NCBI GenBank assembly: GCA_029856155.1
Contig: JAHQWL010000023.1
Location: 96,001 to 160,000, forward strand
Direction: 5' to 3'
Length of the DNA stretch: 64,000 bases
From: Promethearchaeia archaeon
GTDB lineage: Archaea > Asgardarchaeota > Lokiarchaeia > Sigyniarchaeales > SOKP01
Shown: positions 9,495 through 18,550 of the stretch, piece by piece
Numbering within the stretch: position 1 is the first letter of the stretch
How the letters are laid out: each line of letters opens with the position of its first letter
The notes under the pieces: model-generated
The model's input: only the letters and a program-made list of their open reading frames with translations
The model's database searches: none
What the model was told of the DNA's origin: nothing
Translations under genes and position numbers: made by a program

Positions 9495-10913
9495 ATGGCT
9501 AAGGGCATAAAAACAAATTCTAAAAAATCATTCAATAGGATATTTTGGCCCCTTTATATTTTAAATGGATTTCAAAGTGTAGCATATGGGGCAATGATTG
9601 TACTTGTGGTTCCCCTTGCTCTAATTATTTGGCCGAATGATCCAGCAGATATTCATGCGTTGGAAATGGGAATACTCTATACAACTTTATCTTGGAGTGG
9701 TTCTTTTGCGGGTCTACTTTTTGGTAGACTTATTGATAAATACTCTCGAAAAAAAATTATCATCATTATTTCTCTGTTCAGAGGAGTTTCAATGTTTTTT
9801 TTAGGATTTGCTGTTTATGGTGGTGAAGATAAGACATGGTGGTATTTTTTTACTTTCATTGCTCTTTTTGGCTTTTTTGCTGGAGGCTCATGGCCTGTTA
9901 TTAATTCATTATCTAATGATGTCGTCCCCCGAGCTTACCGCTCTCGGTTTTTTGGTGTATATCAAATTGTACTTAATACAACAAACATAATAGGTTGGTT
10001 AATAGCTACATTCCTTGTCCAAATTGGTCTTTGGAGGATTTTTTTTTGGGGTATTGGAATATTTATTCTTCTCGGAGGTTTAATTTTTGCACTCCACAAT
10101 GAAGAGCCTAAAAGAGGTGCTCAACAAGAAGAATTATATAATTTACTTCAAGATGATTCTATTGAGTATGATTTTCAGATAGATAAAAAAATGATGCGGA
10201 AAACTATGCTTAGCAGAACTAATATTGTAGCTCTTATTGAAGGAATTTTTACTTGCATTCTTATGAGTAGTCTCAATTTTTTAATTTTAAATTATGTTCA
10301 GAATCCCCCTTATAATTTAGCCCCATTTTCAATAGGAGTTTTTATGGTTTTTTTTGGATTAACAGGCGGATTGGTGGGACAAATATTTCTATCCAGAGTT
10401 AGTGACAAAATAGCTCTAAAAGACCCAGTAAGAAGATTACCAATTATAGTTATTGCTATAATAGGGGGTTTAATTACTTTCGCTCTTTTCTTTTTCTTTC
10501 CCTGGGTTCCATTAAGCCCAGAACAGGGTAAGAATATTGCCTATATTATGACAATACCTACTATGTGGCTGATGGGTGCGTTATTCTTCACCTCGAGAAG
10601 TATCTTTTCACTTTATATTGTGAATCAAAGCCCGGTAATACAACAGATCAACCTACCTGAAGCACAAGGTCAAATAGTTTCTTGGAACCAATTTTTAGAA
10701 CAATTTGGGCGCGGTATTGGCCCCTTATTATGCGGAATTATGTTAGCTTTTACAAGTACAAATTATCAAATAACAGTCTTAATTGTTTGTTTATGTATTC
10801 TGCCCGGAGTAATACTCTGGATTTTAGCAATGAAATGGTTTCCTATGGATAGAGAAAATATAAAAACTATTTTAGCTGATCGCGCAGAGATTCTAAACTC
10901 TAGAAAAAAGTAA
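9495..10913 (+). CDS. MFS transporter
   Basis: About 12 TM helices; motif A-like FGRLIDKYSRK. Confidence 0.9.
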   Translation: MAKGIKTNSKKSFNRIFWPLYILNGFQSVAYGAMIVLVVPLALIIWPNDPADIHALEMGILYTTLSWSGSFAGLLFGRLIDKYSRKKIIIIISLFRGVSMFFLGFAVYGGEDKTWWYFFTFIALFGFFAGGSWPVINSLSNDVVPRAYRSRFFGVYQIVLNTTNIIGWLIATFLVQIGLWRIFFWGIGIFILLGGLIFALHNEEPKRGAQQEELYNLLQDDSIEYDFQIDKKMMRKTMLSRTNIVALIEGIFTCILMSSLNFLILNYVQNPPYNLAPFSIGVFMVFFGLTGGLVGQIFLSRVSDKIALKDPVRRLPIIVIAIIGGLITFALFFFFPWVPLSPEQGKNIAYIMTIPTMWLMGALFFTSRSIFSLYIVNQSPVIQQINLPEAQGQIVSWNQFLEQFGRGIGPLLCGIMLAFTSTNYQITVLIVCLCILPGVILWILAMKWFPMDRENIKTILADRAEILNSRKK

Positions 10914-11136
10914 CATCTTCATTTTCGGTAAAAGAAGAAAGTTTATCGAGGCTCATACTAGAATTACTTTTATATGATTATATTCAAATATATTGAATTA
11001 GGATATATATATTTCTATAGAGCTTCTAATAAATAATTACCAAAGTCTTAAAAAACTTAAAATCAAATAATTCATAAAATAGAAAAAAATCTATTCAAAA
11101 TCTATTTGAATAGAAAAAAAAGAGCGAAAAAAAATA

Positions 11137-11913
11137 ATGATATCCTTTATTTTACTTGCAATTTTTGGTATTTGGGTATTAGTTAATCGCTTTAGCCAAG
11201 GCGGTAAAGTCGAAGGACATCCACTTGGTATGCCACGAGGAACTATTCGAGGTCTTAGCGCCTTACTACTGGTCGCGTTTCCATTTGGGTACATTTTAAG
11301 TGGTAAAGATATCCCTGGTTTGATAGTAAATGTGATATTTGTTGTTGTTGCATTCTACTTTGAGGCAAGAAGAAGTGAGCACGAAAAAATAAAATGTATT
11401 GTCGAAGAAATGGAAAGACCTGATTTATATATCCAAGATTCAAGAAAGGAGAAAATGCCTTTATACTTACCTAGATATTCTGTTAGATTTCTTTTAGTAT
11501 TAATTTTGATCATAACTCTACTTGCTATTTATTTTGGACGACAGGTTACCTTTGAAGCTACCAACACTATATTTGATCTATTAATAATAATCATATTGTT
11601 TATCATTGGTGCCTCTTTTAGGTCTATTGCAAATTCTAGAGAAAAGAAAAGAATGAAGAATCGAATTGCCAATATGGATGCTTCCCTCTCAGAAGTTGAA
11701 ATTATAGAAAAACTAATATTAGAAGAAATTAACTGGTGGAAACGAAAAGGAAGAAATATTCTCTCAGTTATCATGTTTATAATAGTAGTAATATCATTAA
11801 TTTGTTTTTCTTTTGAATGGGATTTAATAATATTTGACTTACGTGATTACTCTTTGACTCTAGTAGGGTTTTTATTATTACTTATCAACGCATATTATGG
11901 TTTCAGAGATTAA
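11137..11913 (+). CDS. Hypothetical membrane protein with an internal repeat
   Basis: HPLGMPRGTIR and MPLYLPRYSVR each precede a TM pair. Confidence 0.7.
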   Translation: MISFILLAIFGIWVLVNRFSQGGKVEGHPLGMPRGTIRGLSALLLVAFPFGYILSGKDIPGLIVNVIFVVVAFYFEARRSEHEKIKCIVEEMERPDLYIQDSRKEKMPLYLPRYSVRFLLVLILIITLLAIYFGRQVTFEATNTIFDLLIIIILFIIGASFRSIANSREKKRMKNRIANMDASLSEVEIIEKLILEEINWWKRKGRNILSVIMFIIVVISLICFSFEWDLIIFDLRDYSLTLVGFLLLLINAYYGFRD

Positions 11914-11994
11914 CTATCTAATAATAACTTTTATTTTTTCTTATTTTGAGACTTAACATACTTAAAATTCAAGCAAAATAATTTAAGTTTATTA

Positions 11995-12528
11995 ATGGTA
12001 GAAAACTTAGGTATCCAAATGATAACTTTTGAAAAAGATGGCAAAGTTTTTGTTTACAGGGTTGCGGGGGTAGCTATTTATAATAATAAAGTACTTGTAC
12101 ATAGGAGTATCATTGATGATTTCTGGTCATTACCCGGAGGACGATGTGAAATTTTAGAACTTTCTAAAGATGCACTTATAAGAGAGATGAAAGAAGAAAT
12201 TGGTATAGAAATAAAGGTAATTAAGCCTCTTTATTTTGTAGAGAATTTCTTTTATTTTGAGGGTAATGATTTTCATGAAATATCTATTTTTTATCTCATG
12301 GAATTTCCTCCAGATTCCAAACAGGTTTTTGAAAATGATACTTTTTATGGAAGAGAAACTGAGATGGGGTTTGAAAGTGATAAACGCTATGGAAAAGAAC
12401 TTGAACTAATTTTTAAATGGGTTAATCTTAATCAGTTAGAGGAATTGAGATTGTATCCCTTATTTCTACGTAAATCACTGAAAAATATTAAACCATATCC
12501 AGAACATATAATAAATAGAGATGATTAG
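11995..12528 (+). CDS. NUDIX hydrolase
   Basis: WSLPGGRCEILELSKDALIREMKEEIG Nudix box. Confidence 0.9.
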   Translation: MVENLGIQMITFEKDGKVFVYRVAGVAIYNNKVLVHRSIIDDFWSLPGGRCEILELSKDALIREMKEEIGIEIKVIKPLYFVENFFYFEGNDFHEISIFYLMEFPPDSKQVFENDTFYGRETEMGFESDKRYGKELELIFKWVNLNQLEELRLYPLFLRKSLKNIKPYPEHIINRDD

Positions 12529-12603
12529 ATTAAAAAATATTTAACAATAGACTTACATACAATAAATTATTTGTAAATTAAATAATATTAAACTGAATAA
12601 AAT

Positions 12604-13734
12604 ATGGCTACTAAAAGTTTAAGTGAAGATTCTGACATTTATAGAAAATTACAGGAACATCTTGATCAAATGCCAATTGGATTCCCCGCTGTTAAATCGG
12701 GTGCAGATATACGTTTACTAAAACATCTTTTTACGCCCGATGAGGCAAAAATTGCTAGATTTTTAAGATTTGGATGGGATAGAGATTTAGAACCATTAGA
12801 TATTATTTTTGAGCGAGCAAAAGAAACTGGAATCGCCCTTAATGAGTTAGAAATGATCTTAGATAAGATGGTTTCAAATGGCTCAATAATGAGTAAAAAA
12901 GAGGGAGGAAAAAAATATTATGGAAATGCTCTTCTTGCGGTGGGTATGTTCGAATTTCAAGTTAATAACCTTACGAAGGAATTTATTAAAGATTTTGAAG
13001 ATTATTATGTCCAAGGATATTTACCAGAAGCATTTAAGGTGAAAGCTGCTCAAATACGTACGATTCCAGTTGAAAAAAGTATAGAACTCGAACATAATGT
13101 TAGTAATTATGACAATATTACTAAAGTTCTTGAATCATCAGAAGGTCCCTTCGCAATAATGAATTGTGTGTGCAGGCAACTAAAAGATATCTTAGGAGAT
13201 CCATGCAAAGTTACTGATAGAAGAGAAGTTTGTATGGCATCGGGTGTAATTGCTCAATTAACTATTGATCAAGGGAGGGGACGATCGATAACTAAAGAAG
13301 AAGCTTTCGAGATTTTGCAGAAAAACCAAGAAGAAGGACTTGTATTGCAACCAGACAATTCACAAACTTTTTCATTCCTTTGTAGTTGTTGTAGCTGCTG
13401 TTGTGAAAACCTATCGAAATATAAATTATTGCCTAATCCCGCTGACGTAGTAATAGCAAATTTTTATGCAGAAGTGGATTCAGATTTATGCACTGGTTGT
13501 GGGACATGTGTAGAGATATGTCCCATGAAAGCAATAAAGCTTAAAGATGATATTTCTTCAATAAAAAGAAAACGCTGTATAGGATGTGGAAATTGTGCTG
13601 CTAAATGTCCTTCAGAAGCTATTAGGATGCTAAAAAGGGAAAGACAATTTACCCCTTTTCCATCAATGGATGAATTATTTGATAAAATCATGCAAAGAAA
13701 AATCAATTTAAAAGAAAAAAGTATTAAAAGGTGA
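12604..13734 (+). CDS. Multi-cluster 4Fe-4S protein (wHTH-like N-terminus, Cys-rich middle, C-terminal 2x[4Fe-4S] ferredoxin), paralog 1
   Basis: NCVCR, CSCCSCCC, CTGCGTCVEICP and CIGCGNCAAKCP. Confidence 0.9.
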   Translation: MATKSLSEDSDIYRKLQEHLDQMPIGFPAVKSGADIRLLKHLFTPDEAKIARFLRFGWDRDLEPLDIIFERAKETGIALNELEMILDKMVSNGSIMSKKEGGKKYYGNALLAVGMFEFQVNNLTKEFIKDFEDYYVQGYLPEAFKVKAAQIRTIPVEKSIELEHNVSNYDNITKVLESSEGPFAIMNCVCRQLKDILGDPCKVTDRREVCMASGVIAQLTIDQGRGRSITKEEAFEILQKNQEEGLVLQPDNSQTFSFLCSCCSCCCENLSKYKLLPNPADVVIANFYAEVDSDLCTGCGTCVEICPMKAIKLKDDISSIKRKRCIGCGNCAAKCPSEAIRMLKRERQFTPFPSMDELFDKIMQRKINLKEKSIKR

Positions 13735-13744
13735 GTTATAAATA

Positions 13745-14842
13745 TTGACTGAAGATGAGATTTATAGAAAATTGCAGGAACATCTTGATCAAATGCCAAT
13801 TGGATTCCCTCGCGCTGAATCTGGTTCAGATATCCGAGTTCTAAAACACCTTTTTACTCCTGAAGAAGCAAAAATCGCTACATTTTTAAAATTTGGATGG
13901 TATAGAGATATTGAGCCATTAGATCAAATTTATAAACGAATCAAAAATACAGGAATAACTTTAGAAGAATTAGAACAAATTTTAGATAACATGGCAAAAA
14001 AAGGGTCCATCATGTCTAAAAGAGAGGGAAAAAGGAAATTTTACGGCACCGCAGCATTAATTATCGGTATATATGAATTCCAAGTTAATAAACTTACAAA
14101 AGACTTTTTAAATGCCTTAAATGAATATATTGGTGAAATTTGGGGCGCAAAAGCTAACCCTACAAATTATGATCAGATGCGTATTATTCCAGTTGATATT
14201 AATGTTGTACCGGAAAACTTTATCACCCCTTTTGATAATGTAAAAAAAATTATAGAAGAAAGTCAAGGTCCTTTTGTAAAAGTTAATTGTGTCTGCCGTC
14301 AAGATATGGAAATCCAAGGTGATCCATGCAAAATGACTAATCATAAGGATAATTGCCTAGGAATTGGAGATATGGCTCAACAATATATTGATCATGGATG
14401 GGGTATTCAAATTAGTAGGGAAGAAACTCTTGACTTATTACACCAAAATCAAGAAGAGGGTCTGGTTTTTCGACCAAACAATGCTCAAAATATAGACTTT
14501 ATATGTAGTTGTTGCTATTGCTGCGATGGAGGAATAGGGAAATTAGCGAAATTACCTGATCCAGCTAATTATGTAATATCCAATTATTTTGCCGAAGTAG
14601 ATCCTGATTTATGCACTGGATGCGGCACATGTATAGACCGATGCCAGATGAAAGCAATTACCCAAACAGGTGATATCTCCTCAATAGAAAGAAAGAGATG
14701 TATCGGTTGCGGAAATTGTGTTGCTATATGTCCTTCTGAAGCTATAATACTCCAAAAAAAGGAAGAACAGTATATTCCTCTTCCAACTATGGATGATCTT
14801 TATGGCAAAATTCTAGAAGAAAAAACTAAACAAAAAAGTTAA
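13745..14842 (+). CDS. Multi-cluster 4Fe-4S protein, tandem paralog 2
   Basis: Same architecture: NCVCR, CSCCYCC, CTGCGTCIDRC and CIGCGNCVAICP. The N-terminus is nearly identical to paralog 1. Confidence 0.9.
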   Translation: MTEDEIYRKLQEHLDQMPIGFPRAESGSDIRVLKHLFTPEEAKIATFLKFGWYRDIEPLDQIYKRIKNTGITLEELEQILDNMAKKGSIMSKREGKRKFYGTAALIIGIYEFQVNKLTKDFLNALNEYIGEIWGAKANPTNYDQMRIIPVDINVVPENFITPFDNVKKIIEESQGPFVKVNCVCRQDMEIQGDPCKMTNHKDNCLGIGDMAQQYIDHGWGIQISREETLDLLHQNQEEGLVFRPNNAQNIDFICSCCYCCDGGIGKLAKLPDPANYVISNYFAEVDPDLCTGCGTCIDRCQMKAITQTGDISSIERKRCIGCGNCVAICPSEAIILQKKEEQYIPLPTMDDLYGKILEEKTKQKS

Positions 14843-14874
14843 GAAATAAAGAATAAGTAAAGTTTTGGTTGATC

Positions 14875-16191
14875 TTATTCTAACTCTATTTGAAGGTATT
14901 TTTTTTGCAATTCTAACATTTCTTCCAAAATTTTTTTTGCCTGCCAAGTTGTTTCTATAATAGGGTTAGCAAGTAATGCTTGTAATGCAATATCTTTTGA
15001 TTTTGTAAGTATAGCTTCAACTATCAATTCTTGAACTGAAGCTTGTGTCCTTAAAAATGCTAAAAGACCTTTAGGGTATTCACCTAGCATTATACCGTGA
15101 ATCCCTTCTTTATTTATTATTGCTGGACATTCTACAATAAGATCACTGGGTAAATTAGTTATGATCCTATCATTTGGGACGTTCACCGAAGGCTCCTCAT
15201 AGTTAGCATCACATATAATCCCTTCAATAATAGGTATAGCGCTCTCATCATCAGGTTGCACAAATTTTGATCCTTTTCCTTTTTCTATGTGCTTCATCAA
15301 TCTTTTCGAATTCTTATTTAGAACTGCTTCATAGTTTCTAATAAATCTACGTACTGCAGAAATATCCGCTTTTTCCCATGCCCAATGAATATATTCCCCA
15401 TAATGTGAATCTGGTGTATATGGTAAATACCCATATGTTTCTAATATAAAAGAAATTAAATCATATCCATCATCGAGATAAGGACCATACTCTATAGATT
15501 TAAGTATTTTTGGGCCATTTTTCCGGATATCAGGGTATGCATCTTTACCTGTATCTTTATAATTGATATTTAGTATAATACCAAAATGATTAAATCCTCC
15601 TGCTTTAATTTCTAAATTTGAAATTGGTGTGTTAAGAATCTTATTAAGTATTGGGTAGAAATGCTGGAATTCATGACAAAGCCCAACAAATTTTAACGAA
15701 GGATATTTTCTTCTAATTGCTAGACAAATTATACTCATCGGATTAGAATAATTAATAATCAAAGCATTAGGGCAGATATTTCTAATATCTTCACAGATAT
15801 CTAATATTGGTGGTATTACTCTAAGTGAATGAAATAAACCCCCTGGACCGCCATTCTCTCCGGTAATTTGTTTATTACCAAATTGTTGAGGTACTCGATA
15901 ATCCATATCCAATAATTCAAATCTGGGAGGAACTTCAATAGAATTAATTATGAAATTAGCATTCTTTAATGCATCTTCTCGTTTTGTAGTAGATTCTAAA
16001 GTGAAATCTAAATTTTTTTCACATATGGCAGATTGGCATACTCCGTATGCTATATCAAGTTTTTTAGCATTAATATCATGCAAGGAAATTATAGAACCTT
16101 GTAAAATTTCACTATTCAATATAGATCCTACCGTTCCTAATCCAAATTGAAGTGATCCTGCTCCTATTATTACTATTTTCTGTTTTAACAC
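14875..16191 (-). CDS. Glycoside hydrolase family 4 (NAD-dependent alpha-galactosidase/glucosidase)
   Basis: IIGAGS Rossmann motif, GENGGPGG, NYSNP, VGLCH and GFNHF. Confidence 0.9.
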   Translation of the reverse strand: MLKQKIVIIGAGSLQFGLGTVGSILNSEILQGSIISLHDINAKKLDIAYGVCQSAICEKNLDFTLESTTKREDALKNANFIINSIEVPPRFELLDMDYRVPQQFGNKQITGENGGPGGLFHSLRVIPPILDICEDIRNICPNALIINYSNPMSIICLAIRRKYPSLKFVGLCHEFQHFYPILNKILNTPISNLEIKAGGFNHFGIILNINYKDTGKDAYPDIRKNGPKILKSIEYGPYLDDGYDLISFILETYGYLPYTPDSHYGEYIHWAWEKADISAVRRFIRNYEAVLNKNSKRLMKHIEKGKGSKFVQPDDESAIPIIEGIICDANYEEPSVNVPNDRIITNLPSDLIVECPAIINKEGIHGIMLGEYPKGLLAFLRTQASVQELIVEAILTKSKDIALQALLANPIIETTWQAKKILEEMLELQKKYLQIELE

Positions 16192-16210
16192 TTTTTTATC
16201 GCTCTTTTAA

Positions 16211-17236
16211 TTAGAAATTAGTATCTTTTATTTTAAATAAATGGTCAAATTTGAAAAGTCTACATACCTTAGGTACTAATAAGGCAATTGTTAGAAGAAC
16301 AAGAAATGCAATACAACATAGAATTAGCTCTACTAAAAAATTTGGGCCAATATTAATCACTATGAAAGAAAATAATGAATTGCTAAATCCATGATATATA
16401 ATTGGAGCTGTTAGACTATTCGTTTTTTCATAAAGTGCACAACAAATTAACCCAAAAGGAAATGTGTTTATAACTCTCCATATTACATATGGTATATATA
16501 AATTTAACGTAAAATTAATACTGATTAGCCATGGAATATGAAAGATCATAAATCCAAAAGATGTAATAACCGCACTATGCCAAAAAGATTTTCCAGATTT
16601 TCTAAATTTCGTAAAAAAATACCCTCTAAAGAAAAGTTCTTCGCTAATACCAACTGCTATAAGTTGCCATGGAAAAGTGATGAATTGAGTAGTATCAAAT
16701 AATTCCAGACTTGAAAGAATAGTTGAGCCTTCAATAAATATAGGAATTAATATATTAAATACTGTCATTATTGAAATATCGATTAACGCGATTAAACAAC
16801 CAAGAATAATATTTTTTATAAGGTACTCTCTTTTTAATCCATATTCTGTTAACACAATACCCTCAAGAAGTACAATCTGAGTCACTATCAGATATAAAAG
16901 AGGTATTTTTTCAAAAGTTACCCCAAACTTCCAAATCATAAATTGTCTTGGAAACCAAATTATTGCTAAATAAGTTACAAACAATATCCAGGTGTTGTTA
17001 TAACTGATTTTAGAAGATAACTCAACTAAATCCTTTCTAGACTTAATGTATTTTAGCAGAATTACTAAAATTATAAATAAAATCAAGGAATAAACTATTG
17101 GCATTATATAAAATCTAGGATATTCAACAGATCCTTCAATCCATATATTAAAATCCAGTAGTAATATAAAAGCACAGAGTCCAATATAAAGAATAGAAGG
17201 TAAAATTCTAATTAGCTTGTCTCGTGGGAAAACCAT
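16211..17236 (-). CDS. CPBP (CAAX/Abi-type) intramembrane metalloprotease
   Basis: SEELFFRGY, FMIFH and IIYHGFSN motifs in a multi-TM protein. Confidence 0.85.
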   Translation of the reverse strand: MVFPRDKLIRILPSILYIGLCAFILLLDFNIWIEGSVEYPRFYIMPIVYSLILFIILVILLKYIKSRKDLVELSSKISYNNTWILFVTYLAIIWFPRQFMIWKFGVTFEKIPLLYLIVTQIVLLEGIVLTEYGLKREYLIKNIILGCLIALIDISIMTVFNILIPIFIEGSTILSSLELFDTTQFITFPWQLIAVGISEELFFRGYFFTKFRKSGKSFWHSAVITSFGFMIFHIPWLISINFTLNLYIPYVIWRVINTFPFGLICCALYEKTNSLTAPIIYHGFSNSLFSFIVINIGPNFLVELILCCIAFLVLLTIALLVPKVCRLFKFDHLFKIKDTNF

Positions 17237-17305
17237 TTTATACAGTCTATTATTTTTACTATAATATATTACAAATTTGGGATTTTTGAATATTTATAGT
17301 TATTT

Positions 17306-17674
17306 TTATTGATTTACTTGCATTTCTTTCCGAATAAAATGTCGTAAACTTTTACCTTTTATCCAATACCATTCAAATAACTCTTTAATCCAGTTTATAA
17401 ATACTTCATGATTATCAATTAAACATTGGCTATAATCAATTTCACCATCTTTACTTAAAAAGAGTATCGCTCCTTTATCAGAAACTATCAGTGAGATTTC
17501 AATTTCGTCCAAAATTCGAATATTCTCTAACATCTCTCTAAAAAATATTTTTGGATCTTTAAATAATTTTGACCAGCCATCAGGTATATTATAGGATTTT
17601 AATAGATTTTTGTTTACTAAAGCTCTTATCTTAATTGATTGGGCTCTCATTTTTTTCTCAGCTTCCTTCAACAA
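17306..17674 (-). pseudogene. Orphan C-terminal domain resembling DUF1724/FilR1-type regulators, without the N-terminal HTH
   Basis: SLIVSDKGAILFL..DGEIDYS...FINWIKELFEWYW. TTG start, and the upstream frame is closed by stops. Confidence 0.45.
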
Positions 17675-17787
17675 TTTTTCTTTATATTTTTTTGTATTAT
17701 GTCAATTTAGACCCTAATAATAAATTCTGTCAATAAAATAACTCAATTTTAACATTATATTAAAGAAAGGGAGAATTATAATTTATT

Positions 17788-17925
17788 ATGCTGAAAAGAT
17801 GTTTTAATTGCGGAATGATTCGTTCAATAAAAGACTTAGTGTTATTAGAAGATGATAATTACATTTGCTTTTCTTGTTGGAATAATCTTATTAGAGATAA
17901 AAGCAAAAGTATTAAGGAGGAATGA
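17788..17925 (+). CDS. 45-aa zinc-finger microprotein (below the ORF-track cutoff)
   Basis: MLKRCFNCGMIRSIKDLVLLEDDNYICFSCWNNLIRDKSKSIKEE*, with two CxxC pairs. A purine-rich AGGGAGA lies upstream. Confidence 0.7.
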   Translation: MLKRCFNCGMIRSIKDLVLLEDDNYICFSCWNNLIRDKSKSIKEE

Positions 17926-17950
17926 ATCTTCTACAATTACTCATTAAAAT

Positions 17951-18172
17951 TCAGTCATAAGAAATAAGGAATGTGTACTTTTCAAGATTAAACTTTTTTA
18001 TTTTAATTTCGTCTTTTGGTTCCTTTCTGGGAACAAGAGGCATCTTGATTACGATTTTATAGTTATCTAAGTAAAAATTATTATAAAAAACACTCTCGAA
18101 TTTATCCCAATCAATAAACTTTTGTATTGAAATCTGATTATTTTTTATTGTTGGGAGTAATGACATAGCCAT
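17951..18172 (-). CDS. Hypothetical protein
   Basis: 73-aa ORF filling an otherwise empty gap. Confidence 0.5.
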   Translation of the reverse strand: MAMSLLPTIKNNQISIQKFIDWDKFESVFYNNFYLDNYKIVIKMPLVPRKEPKDEIKIKKFNLEKYTFLISYD

Positions 18173-18550
18173 TTTTCTAATTATTACAGATTTTTATTCA
18201 ATTTTAATTTAAGTATAATATATACATTATAAACCATTTAGAATGCTGAAATTGTTCTGAAATAACAAATAAAGGGTTATTTCTGAATGATCGCGTTAAT
18301 TGGTACCATCTATTATATAATAAATTGTATATTTAAATGTTTCTTTAATACTAATTAAAGCAAAATTAATCCCTTAACACTAGCTATGAACTTGTTATTA
18401 ATAAGACTTATATCTCCATTCGATCTTTTAATAAAAATAAATTTTAACTCGGATTTTTCAATATGAATGACAAAATAGTATAAATATGAAAACTTTTTTC
18501 GATAACTTTTTTAAATCTGATTCTATTAAAATTTAAAAGAAATCTAAAAG

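Noticed and set aside
13732-13745. Selenocysteine read-through fusing the two 4Fe-4S paralogs at the TGA
   Set aside because: Read-through meets another TGA within a few codons, and the second gene is in a different frame.
18259-18283. 8-bp inverted repeat GAAATAAC/GTTATTTC in the intergenic region before aor
   Set aside because: Short and AT-rich, with no second copy seen, so it cannot be told from chance.
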